Source: Macrostomum hystrix (taxonomy: Eukaryota; Animalia; Platyhelminthes). From it: 64,000 nt of DNA. The position numbers were made by a program, and so were the translations under genes. The notes under the pieces were generated by a model that searched no databases, had not been told where the DNA came from, and was given only the letters and a program-made list of their open reading frames with translations. Location: contig CATNEN010000038.1 in assembly GCA_950097015.1 (NCBI GenBank), forward strand, positions 17,360,001-17,424,000. Reading direction: 5' to 3'. Positions 36,906-48,265 of this stretch are shown here, in pieces (within the stretch, counting starts at the first letter, position 1; every line of letters starts with the position of its first letter).

Positions 36906-39900
36906 TTATTTAACAGCGGCGGAGATCATTAACAAGCGCCCGATTATGGCACTGAAGCTGGGCCTTCGAGCCGGTGTCAACTCCCAGCAGTCGCGCATTA
37001 GTCTGTAGACATCCGGCGGGCACTTGTCCGGAGACTCCATTCTGTAGCCGGACAGCACCTGACTATTGAATTTGTCGGTGCTAACCCTAGGATAGGGCAG
37101 GCGGCCGAATGAGTAAATCTCCCACATCAGGATGCCATAGGACCAGACGTCAGATTGCGGGGAGAATTTGGAGCGATCCGTCACACACTCTGGGGCGGTC
37201 CATTTCACAGGGATCCGGTCCGCTGCAGACGTCTGGGCTGACTGCAGCTGCTTTGGAGCTGCGGTAGATTAACGCAGCATAACGATTATTAGCTCACAGG
37301 ATTAGATCAGATAATTAAAAACTGGGGCTCTGAGAGGGTGAGATTTGGGATCTGTGAGGGTGAGATTTTAGGATCTAGGAGGGTGAGATTTTGGGATCTG
37401 TGAGGCTGAGATTTTGGGATCTGGGAGTGTTAGATTTTGGGATCTGTGAGGGTGAGATTTTGGGATCTGTGAGGGTGAAATTTTGGGATCTAGGAGGGTG
37501 AGATTTTTGGATCTGTGAGGGTGAGACTTTGGAATCTGGGAGGGTGAGACTTTAGGATCTGGGAGGGTGAGAATTTGTGATCTGGGAGAGTGAGATTTTG
37601 GGATATGGGAGGGTGAGATTTTGGGATCTGGGAGTGTTAGATTTTGGGATCTGGGAGAGTGGGTTTTGGGGATCTGAGAGGGTGGGTTTTGGGGATCTGA
37701 GAGGGTGGGTTTTGGGGATCTGAGAGGGTGGGTTTCGGGATCTGAGAGACTGGGTTTCGGGGATCTGAGAGACTGGGTTTTGTGATCTGGAAGGGTGAGA
37801 TTTTGGGATCCGGGAGGGTAAGATTTTGGGATTTGGGAGGGTGGGTTTTGGGGATCTGAGAGGGTGGGTTTTGGGGATTTGAGAGGGTGGGTTTCGAGGA
37901 TCTGAGAGGGTGGGTTTCGGGATCTGAGAGGGTGGGTTTCGGGGATCTGAGAGGGTGGGTTTTGGGGATCTGAGAGGGTGGGTTTCGAGGATCTGAGAGG
38001 GTGGGTTTCGGGATCTGAGAGGGTGGGTTTCGGGATCTGAGAGGGTGGGTTTCGAGGATCTGAGAGGGTGGGTTTCGGGATCTGAGAGGGTGGGTTTCGG
38101 GATCTGAGAGGGTGGGTTTCGGGATCTGAGAGGGTGGGTTTCGAAAATCTGAGAGACTGGGTTTTGGGGATCTGGGAGGATAGGTTAGTACCCTAGACAT
38201 GAGAATAAGAGGTCATGATGTGCTCAAAAAAGAATTTACATACTATTAAGTTGCGGCTCGCATCTTTCTGAATTGTTTGGACAAGTAATTGTAAGACCAA
38301 AATCGGCAATCTGTAATAAAAAGATAGAATAGAGGGTGAATATTTCATAATACACGGACATGTTGTCGTTATAAAGGCTTTCTATTAGATTTTATTCCAG
38401 CTTATATTGAAAGACACAGTATATATCGATCATATAAACACGGCGCTGTTCAATTTGACCGGCTGACCAAACTATGTCTACAAATAACAGGCGCGTAAAA
38501 CTAGCTAAAATTGTGCATACAACTGCAGCTTAGCGGCGGAATAGAATATAAAATTGATAAGTACTGCCACAGGCTAACTCCATCCCTCTATCAAACACAC
38601 AAAGTAGACCCAAAGATGAAAATAGGCTTTATTCTAAGCGAAATCTATTTCTAGCAGTTTAACGACATGCAGTCAACAGGAAATAAAAACAGCAAATGCA
38701 AACTGAAGCCTTGAAAATCTTTACCTTTGCAGTGCAGCTTTTGTCTAGCAGAACATTTCTAGCTGCTAAGTCTCTGTGAACCAAGCACCTGTCCGCCAGG
38801 TATTTCATGCCCTCGGCCACTTGCCTGCAAATTTATCGATTAACCTTATAATATGCATTATATACTTTCGAGAACCGACTTTTCGAGAGCTTGAAGACCC
38901 CATTTCCTCCGATTCTTCAGCGAGCCTGAAGACCCCATTTCCTCCGATTCTTCAGCGAGCCTGAAGACCCCATTTCCTCCGATTCTTCAGTGAGCCTGAA
39001 GACCCCATTTCCTCCGATTCTTCAGCGAGCATGAAGACCCCATTTCCTCCGATTCTTCAGTGAGCCTGAACATTTATTTCCACCGATTCTTAAGCGAGCC
39101 TGAAAACCCCATTTCATCTTAAACTTAAGCGAGCCTGAAGACCCCATTTCCTCCGATTCTTCACCGAGCCTGAAGACCCCATTTTCTCCGATTCTTCACC
39201 GAGCCTGAAGACCCCATTTCCTCCGATTCTTCACCGAGCCTGAAGACCCCATTTCCTCCGATTCTTCAGTGAGCCTGAAGACCCCATTTCCTCCGATTCT
39301 TCAGCGAGCCTGAAGACCCCATTTTTTCCGGTTCATCAGGGAGCCTGAAGACCTCATTTCCTCCGAAACTTAGGCGACCCTGAAGACCCTATTTCCTCCT
39401 ATTCTTCAGCGAGCCTGAAGACCCCATTTTTTCCGGTTTATCAGGGAGCCTGAAGACCCCATTTCATCTTAAACCTAAGCGAGCCTGAAGACCCCATTTC
39501 CTCCGGTTCTTCAGTGAGCCTGAAGACTCCATTTCCTCCGGTTCTTCAGTGAGCCTGAAGACCCCCATTTCCTCCGATTCTTCAGCGAGCCTGAACATTT
39601 ATTTCCACCGATTCTTAAGCGAGCCTGAAGACCCCATTTCCTCCGATTCTTCAGTGAGCCTGAAGACCCCATTTCCTCCGATTCTTCAGCGAGCCTGATG
39701 ACCCCCATTTCCTCCGATTCTTCAGTGAGCCTGAAGACCCCATTTCCTCCGATTCTTCAGCGAGCCTGAAGACCCCCATTTCCTCCGATTCTTCAGCGAG
39801 CCTGAAGACCCCATTTTTTCCGGTTCATCAGGGAGCCTGAAGACCTCATTTCCTCCGAAACTTAGGCGACCCTGAAGACCCTATTTCCTCCTATTCTTCA

Positions 39901-42900
39901 GCGAGCCTGAAGACCCATTTCCTCCGATTCTTCAGCGACCCTGAAGACCCCATTTCCTCCGAAACTTAAGCGAGTCTGAAGACCCCATTTCCTCTGATTC
40001 TTCAGCTAGAAAGCCTGAAAATTTATTTCCGCCGATTCTTCAGTAAAACTGAAGATCCATTTCCACCGATTCTTCAGTGAGACATAAGATACATTTTCAC
40101 CAATTCTTCAGCAAGCCTGAAGACCCCATTTCCACAAACTCTTCAGTGAGCCTGAGGACCCCATTTCCTCCGGTTCTTCAGTGAGCCTGAAGACCCCATT
40201 TCCTCCGGTTCTTCAGTGAGCCTGAAGAGCCCATTTCCTCCGGTTCTTCAGTGAGCCTGAAGACCCCATTTCCACCGATTTTTCAGAGTGTCTAAAGACC
40301 AATATTTACTAATTTACCAATTCAGTGACCCCAATTCAACTAGCCTCATAAACTCACATAGCGAATCTCAGTTGGTCGCTGCCGCTGATGACGCTTTGAC
40401 CGCGCGAGCGCAGATAATTGAGCAGAGAGCCCAGACTCATATATTCAGTTATGAGTAGCTGCTTGCCATTCAGACACATGCTGTGAATGTAGCGGACTAG
40501 ATTCGGATGACTTAAAGTCTTCATTAGGCGAACCTCTTCGTCGAACGCGGCCATTGTGCCAGGATCGGCGTCAACTTTCAGAGCCTTGACGGCGACTAAC
40601 TCGCCGCGATAAGTGGCCTTGTGCACTTCACCGAATTCGCCGCTGCCAAGCAGTTCGTGCAGCACAAACTCTGGCTGCTGCTGCTGCTTCTGTTGTGGCT
40701 TCTTCTGCTTTGTCAGCAACGGTGAGAAGCTCTTGGGAGCGATGGCTGGTTGAGTAAGCTGGCAGCAGAGATCGTCGGAGTCTAAAGCGTAGTGTCGAAC
40801 CAACTCGCTGAGCGGGTAGTAGCGACCGTCGCTATCGTCAATGGAATAACAGCGCCTACCAGCTGAGCCACCCAGGGTCAGGCTTCGTATGTGATAGTGC
40901 CGGATCTGAAGAATGCGAATCAGGGGGAATGGAAACGGCGGTATGGGATTCGGTAGTACTGGTGGGTCATTCAGTAGAATTGGTGTGGGATTCAGTAGTA
41001 CTGGTGTGGGATTCAGTAGAATTGGTGTGGGATTCAGTAGAATTGGTGTGGGATTCAGTAGAATTGGTGTGGGATTCATTATTACTGATGTGGGATTCAT
41101 TATTACAGGTGTGGGATTCGGTAGTACTGGTGGGTCATTCAGTGGAATTGGTGTGGGATTCATTAGAATTGGTGTGGGATTCATTATTACTGGTGTGGGA
41201 TTCATTATTACAGGTGTGGGATTCGGTAGTACTGGTGGGTCATTCAGTAGAATTGGTGTGGGATTCAGTAGTACTGGTGTGGGATTCAGTAGTACTGGTG
41301 TGGGATTCAGTAGTACTGGTGTGGGATTCAGTAGAATTGGTGTGGGATTCAGTAGTACTGGTGCACGTGGGATTCAGTAGGATTAATGTGGGATTCAGTA
41401 GTACTGGTGTGGGATTCAGTAGGATTGGTGTGTGATTCATTATTACAGGTGTGGGATTCGGTAGTACTGGTGGGTCATTCAGTAGAATTGGTGTGGGATT
41501 CAGTAGTACTGGTGTGGGATTCAGTAGTACTGGTGTGGGATTAAGTAGTACTGGTGTGGGATTCAGTAGTACTGGTGTGGGATTCAGTAGTACTGGTGTG
41601 GGATTCAGTAGAATTGGTGTGGGATTCAGTAGTACTGGTGCACGTGGGATTCAGTAGGATTAATGTGGGATTCAGTAGTACTGGTGTGGGATTCAGTAGG
41701 ATTGGTGTGTGATTCAGTAGGATTGGTGTGTGATTCAGTAGGATCGGTGTGTGATTTAGTAGGATTCAGTAGGATTGGTGTGTGATTTAGTAGGATCGGT
41801 GTGTGATTCAGTAGGATTGGTGTGTGATTCAGTAGAATATCGGTGTGGGATTCAGTAGAATTGGTGTGGGATTCAGTAGAATTGGTGTGTGATTCAGTAG
41901 GATTAATGTGGGATTCAGTAGGATTGGTGTGTGATTCAGTAGGATTGGTGTGTGATTCAGTAGGATCGGTGTGTGATTTAGTAGGATTGGTGTGTGATTC
42001 AGTAGGATTGGTGTGTGATTCAGTAGGATTGGTGTGTGATTAAGTAGGATCGGTGTGTGATTAAGTAGGATCGGTGTGGGATTCAGTAGAATTGGTGTGG
42101 GATTCAGTAGAATTGGTGTGTGATTCAGTAGGATTGGTGTGGGATTCAGTAGAATTGGTGTGGGATTCAGTAGTACTGGTGTGGGATTCAGTAGGATTGG
42201 TGTGTGATTCAGTAGGATTGGTGTGTGATTTAGTAGGATCGGTGTGTGATTCAGTAGGATTGGTGTGTGATTCAGTAGGATCGGTGTGTGATTAAGTAGG
42301 ATCGGTGTGTGATTCAGTAGGATTGGTGTGTGATTCAGTAGAATATCGGTGTGGGATTCAGTAGAATTGGTGTGGAATTCAGTAGAATTGGTGTGTGATT
42401 CAGTAGGATTAATGTGGGATTCAGTAGGATTGGTGTGTGATTAAGTAGGATCGGTGTGTGATTAAGTAGGATCGGTGTGTGATTCAGTAGGATTGGTGTG
42501 TGATTCAGTAGAATATCGGTGTGGGATTCAGTAGAATTGGTGTGGGATTCAGTAGAATTGGTGTGTGATTCAGTAGGATTAATGTGGGATTCAGTAGGAT
42601 TGGTGTGTGATTCAGTAGGATTGGTGTGTGATTCAGTAGGATCGGTGTGTGATTCAGTAGGATTGGTGTGTGATTCAGTAGGATCGGTGTGTGATTTAGT
42701 AGGATTCAGTAGGATTGGTGTGTGATTAAGTAGGATCGGTGTGTGATTAAGTAGGATCGGTGTGTGATTCAGTAGGATTGGTGTGTGATTCAGTAGAATA
42801 TCGGTGTGGGATTCAGTAGAATTGGTGTGGGATTCAGTAGAATTGGTGTGTGATTCAGTAGGATTGGTGTGGGATTCAGTAGAATTGGTGTGGGATTCAG

Positions 42901-43732
42901 TAGTACTGGTGTGGGATTCAGTAGGATTGGTGTGTGATTCAGTAGGATTGGTGTGTGATTCAGTAGGATCGGTGTGTGATTCAGTAGGATTGGTGTGTTA
43001 CTCAGTATCTGTGTGTGTGTGTTTGTGTTTAGGAGTCAGTGAAAGGGCAGAATTGCCTCCTCGCTGGCTGCTGGTCTAGTGTCACCACATGATGTGTCAT
43101 TGCGAATTTTTTTTATTACGATTGGGATCATTTGTTAACATAGTAATTTATCTAGGACTAGAGTTCGTGAGCAACATATGACGCAATGGCTACCTGTCCG
43201 TCGCAGACAACAGACAAAGTTAGGTCGCCAGGATGATTGTTGCTCATGCGGATTAGAAATAGGCCGTTAATACTGCGTGGTGTAAGTCTGAGCTCCGTGT
43301 CTTTCCTAGAAATGGCGCCGTGAAACCACGGATAGGTTTCTAAATTTTCAGCAATTTCTGAGCTGGCCACTCTGCTCAGATTGACGAGTCCATTCTTCCT
43401 TTTAGCATTGACAGCCAGAGCCCATTCGGGATCCTGTAAAAAAATTTGATAATAAATTTTACAAAACACGATATTTTTTATTGCAGCAACAATCAGCGCT
43501 TCACGCTAGTAAAACTTGTTTTGAATAGTTTATCAATTACCGAATGAAGACTGATGATCTGCATCTCATCACCCTCCGTCATAGACAGGTCATTGCCATT
43601 TGTGGATTCATGGCTAAATAGAGCAAATATGGATAAGCCTGGCTTGAAAGAAACTGTCGACTTCATTAAATCAGCCTTATAATTTTTCTGTGACTGTGGC
43701 TCAAATGCATCGCTAGTGCAGTTCAGTGGCAT
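36906..43732 (-). CDS. CSK: C-terminal Src kinase-like tyrosine kinase (SH3-SH2-kinase); exons 43732-43541, 43433-43194, 40905-40358, 38824-38725, 38310-38244, 37258-36906
   Basis: SH3 ..DL..GD..DPEW; SH2 PWFHG.I.R..GLFLIR.S.NHPGD.TL; [16 protein letters not shown]; YLRSRG; HRDLAARN; DFG; PVKWTAPE; [13 protein letters not shown]. There is no C-terminal tail tyrosine. The start codon is tentative. Confidence 0.9.
37325..38180. repeat. 22-24-bp minisatellite (GGGATCTGAGAGGGTGGGTTTCG / GGGATCTGGGAGGGTGAGATTTT), last CSK intron
   Basis: Tandem copies of two subtypes. Confidence 0.95.
38890..40285. repeat. 35-bp minisatellite (CCTGAAGACCCCATTTCCTCCGATTCTTCAGCGAG), CSK intron
   Basis: Tandem copies; internal inverted repeat CTGAAGA/TCTTCAG. 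Confidence 0.96.
40940..43005. repeat. 21-bp minisatellite (GATTCAGTAGGATTGGTGTGT/G) with higher-order blocks, CSK intron
   Basis: Tandem copies; variant GAATATCGG recurs at ~41835, 42341, 42511 and 42796. Confidence 0.97.
43003..43120 (+). mobile_element. 3' half of a SINE family A copy fused to the end of the 21-bp array
   Basis: CAGTATCTGTGTG..AGGAGTCAGTGAAAGGGCAGAATTGCCTCCTCGCTGGCTGC matches 60753-60850. Confidence 0.85.
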
Positions 43733-45430
43733 GCTTAACAATGAACCATCTAAATGCTCAGTGCTCAAGCTGAAATGAAAATACAATATCATGTGTTTGA
43801 TGTGTCTATAATCTGTTTGATTCTTTTATATATTAACAGAATAAGGAAATACTTCTGGTAAAGATTCCTCTCTATTTATTGGTTAATTTTTAGATACAAC
43901 TCTACCCACTAAATAGCTAGAAATAGCTAATAGAATTTCATAACACACACACACTGAAGTAAATATTATTTAATTTAAGTGGTATTTTTTACAGTGGCTA
44001 TTACTAATGTTACCGACAAATTAAAAAATCTTATAATGGGTAGTTCATACGGACAATAATTTGAATAAAATATAGTTGTATCTATTAAGCCAAATCAGTT
44101 GTTTTTAGGTTGGCTAGCACAACACCTTAAAAATACCTGGTCTATAAATAAATGTATGTCTATTAGCTACCAGTATTGTTGCCATTTAAACAATTGCTAT
44201 ACAAAACCCTACATTAAACACTGTACTAAGAAAAAAAGAAATAATTTATGTTTAGCAAAAATAGACAGTGCAGTTATAAGTAGCAATGCTGTTTACGAGC
44301 TCATATAATTTCATTTTCTAACTTAATGACAATATAGCAATGAAAGCTAAGAAAGAGTAAACGAATAGTAGTTATTAATAACTAATTATTGTAGTAATAT
44401 TGTGGCATCCAATGCAACTAAGCTTATAATAGTGCCACATGCAGCAGAAAATTTTAAAAAAGTTTCTTATAATTGCTAAATAAGCTACACATGTTAATAT
44501 GCATACATATTTTAGATAAATATAGTTGCTCTGTATGTCTAGTTAGTCTAGCTGAGGAGAGTTAAAAAGGAGTCGATGTAGAAATGTTTGTACTAGCCTT
44601 CGAGCTAGGTATGGAATAAGAGCATGTTTACCATGGAATGTAGCTATACTGAGTCTAAACAATTTTCTTCTGTGTCATTTAAATATACTATAAATTAGAA
44701 AGCAATAAGCTCGATGAAAAAATGCAAAAATCATGAACCAGATAATCACAATTGAGTCCGATAACGAAAGTAATTTGTAATCATTAGTATAATAAAAAGC
44801 GTGACTCAACGGAGGGAGCATGCAAAAAATTAGGACAAACCGATAAACTTAAATTTGAGTACTTTGATTTATCATATATGTACGTCTTGAACAATCTTTA
44901 AAATATATTTGTAATAAAAGTACTTTGTGAATATAACAATTAATTAACATTCTAGAGACCGTTTAGTTTCCGTACAGATTACTTGGGTTTGTTTTATCCG
45001 TTTTTATCCGGCTTTTTACGTTTACATAAACTTCTTGTGGTGCTGGGTAACAACGTGCACTGTGCAATAAAAATTTTATAATTTTAGCTTCACCATTTTA
45101 GTTTCAGTTGTTCTTGTTAGAAAATAATTTACATATTTCGAAAAAGGAATTTACCTCCTGTAAGCATACAGAAATGCATACAGAGACGCAATGAAAATCG
45201 ATTATGTCTGAACTTTTTGTTTTCTCTAAAAGGAAGTTTCTGTTAAGCAGAACTCTAAACTCAAACATGTTACAAAACTCTTTGTTGCTACATATCGACT
45301 ATGTGAGAAGGAATTAGAAGGACGACTCCAGTGACATGGAATGGAAGTAAAATATGCCATTTGTTTAACGCGCTACTTAAAGTAACATTGCAAGGAAACC
45401 GAAGCTATATTTTTTAGTCAATTTTGAGGA

Positions 45431-45449
45431 ATGAGTCATGATGACTCAT
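45431..45449. promoter_or_regulatory. Paired AP-1-type sites forming a palindrome (ATGAGTCAT G ATGACTCAT)
   Basis: Two TGA(G/C)TCA consensus sites upstream of the CSK-like gene; function is inferred. Confidence 0.35.
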
Positions 45450-45473
45450 ATACTAATTTAAGAAACAAAGTCA

Positions 45474-46254
45474 TGTGACTAATTGAAACCGGAGAACCGG
45501 TCTCGACAGCTGTATTTCTAGCTCAGACTCCCATATGGTAATGCTCACCCGAAAACCCCCCAAAACGCAGCTGAACAAACAAGTTTGACCTCGCTGTGTA
45601 AATTTGTATGCCCTAAGTCCGGTCCTGCAACAAACACCCGGTCAATATAAGTTAAAATCCGAGCTGAAAATTCAGAATCATCTCTGAGGAGAAGACAATT
45701 GGTAAGCGTTTACGAGTGTACTAGACAAAGTTATTTATTGCTAGCAATCGGTGTTGAATTTAACTAAGTTTACGAGAGCCACATATCATCGATACGCTTG
45801 AGAAAGGCGATCCTTGTTTCCTAGGATACATTCCTAGAGGATTATTGATTGATTGATTTGAGCTATCCGTTATCTTTCGGAGGTAACGAAGTAGACGCCC
45901 TTCAGGAGGACCTATTATAGAGACACAAGAGAGATTTCAATTGTTCACTAGGGTGCACGTTTCTATTGTTAATTCCGAGCTTGAGGAAACCGACAAGTAA
46001 TCTGATTCACTCTCGTCTTTAATTGTTGGCCAACAGATAAAGTCAAGCGCAACAGACCGGATCGACTTGCGGCTGCCAGAAGACAAGAAGAATACAAAAA
46101 CTACGAGCAACTAGCCACCGAGGAAGAAGAAACCACTGCAGTAAGTGTCACGTGAATAAATTCCTAGGCAATTACAGTTCCCCATTGTGTAGAAGTGGGA
46201 GTTTCGTGTGCCTGATCAACACACGATACTCTTCAATATTTCTACGTACGTACA
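45474..46254 (+). mobile_element. Probable solo LTR (781 bp)
   Basis: TGT...ACA termini; 4-bp TSD GTCA at 45470-45473 and 46255-46258; TATA-like AATATAAG near 45645; AATAAA near 46155; GC content above the flanks. Confidence 0.72.
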
Positions 46255-47574
46255 GTCAATTTTTGGCTGTTAATTTAGATAAATTGTAGCGAGAAACGGA
46301 TACGAATCTGCTGGTTTAAAGAATAGAAACAGATGAATCTTTGGTTGCGTTTAGGCATTATAATTTATTTTCAGATGTGCGAGTATTTTTATTTTACAAT
46401 TTCGAATTCTATGCGCAAACGTAGTTTAGACTCCAAAATAATAATCTAATTTTCAGTGATCTCACGCATAAAAGCTTGCAAAGAAAATCAATTTTTTCAG
46501 TAGTTTACTTAGTTAAAAAAATTGACATCTTTGTATGAAAAAATAAAATAATATGAGCATTTTACTGTTTAAGACAAAACATCCTGCAAAAAAACTTGCA
46601 CATATTAATAGTTTCAAGACCAAAAATAGTCAAATATAATAGAGCTTTCGTACAGGTAAAACTGTTTTTCTTCCTAATTCATATATGATATGGCCAGAAA
46701 TAACATACAATTTGAAAAAAAAAACGAGAGAAAAAAATGAAATTTTTTCTTCTCGTATTTTAATAAAGGCCATTTTAATATAATTCATGAAGCATAATAT
46801 TATGCACACAAGTAAATCTAGTGGCTACTTAATAATTCGGTAGCATCATTGTGCGACTTTTCATATCGAAAAAGCCAAATCCAAGCCAGACTTTAAAAGT
46901 TACTGAAGACACAAATAAAAGTCTGGGATAACTTATAACTTAAAGCGATACATATTAGGTGCAAAAATGCGATGCACAATGACCAGACCGAGTTGAAACT
47001 GCAACAAATAATGCAATATACTCGTAATAGCAAAGCTTAATCTGAGAACAACATTTAACACGTGCGTTATAATATAAAAAAGTTTGTGTACAAGCACGAA
47101 CATTGCTATGGGCTTTACTGGTCAGATAATATTGCTTATAGTAAGTATTAACCTACTTTAAGCAATCAACTAATAGTACTTTTATCTTCATTGCAATGGA
47201 ATAATATGAATGGACGTAACAGTAATAGATATGTACTATGAATAAAAAAATAAAACTATCGGATGCTGAAAAATTTGTGCAATATGTGACAATGAATAGT
47301 TATTAACTCTAACAATATTTAGATAATATAAATTATTTATATCAGCTAAAACTGCTTGTGTGCGACGCATGGACCTTAAAAGACAATAATTATATAATGC
47401 ATTTATAGCAACAAAAACTTTTCACAATTCAGTTAAGACAAGCTGCGTTCAGTTAAATAGTCTGATAAGACTGGCGGCAGTAAAAGTCTGTCTATGGTAA
47501 AAAGTGTTAAACTGTGTTTAACTTAACGAAACTAGAGTAATTTAGAATTGAACAATAGATAAAAAATTAAGAAC

Positions 47575-48085
47575 TAGAGACCACTGCACTAAGAACCATA
47601 GACAAATATACCAAGAACCAAACACTCGTTTATTAAATAGACAACTGAGTTAAGAACCATAGACAACTGTGTTAAGAACCATAGACAACTGTGTTAAGAA
47701 CCATAGACAACTGTGTTAAGAACCTTACACAACTGTGTTAAGAACCATAGACAACTGTGTTAAGAACCTTAGACAACTGTGTTAAGAACCAAAGACAACT
47801 GTGTTAAGAACCTTAGACAACTAACTGTGTTAAGAACCTTAGACAACTAACTGTGTTAAGAACCATAGACAACTGTGTTAAGAACCATAGACAACTGTGT
47901 TAAGAACCATAGACAACTGTGTTGAGAACCATAGACAACTGTGTTAAGAACCTTAGACAACTGTGTTAAGAACCTTAGACAACTGTGTTAAGAACCATAG
48001 ACAACTGTGTTGAGAACCATAGACAACTGTGTTAAGAACCTTAGACAACTGTGTTAAGAACCTTAGACAACTGTGTTAAGAACCA
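47575..48085. repeat. 22-bp minisatellite (AGACAACTGTGTTAAGAACCAT)
   Basis: Tandem copies just downstream of the TMEM185 stop. Confidence 0.95.
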
Positions 48086-48265
48086 ATCGTATATTATATA
48101 GAGAGCTGCAAAGATTGGACAACGCAGCTTATATTAACTATAACACAAACGATTGTAAAAGTATGCAAAAAGCCAAGAAATAAAATAGATACGAATTACT
48201 GATTATACGAGCTACAAAATTTAACGGCGATATACAAATACTAATTTAACGCTCTACTAAAACCA

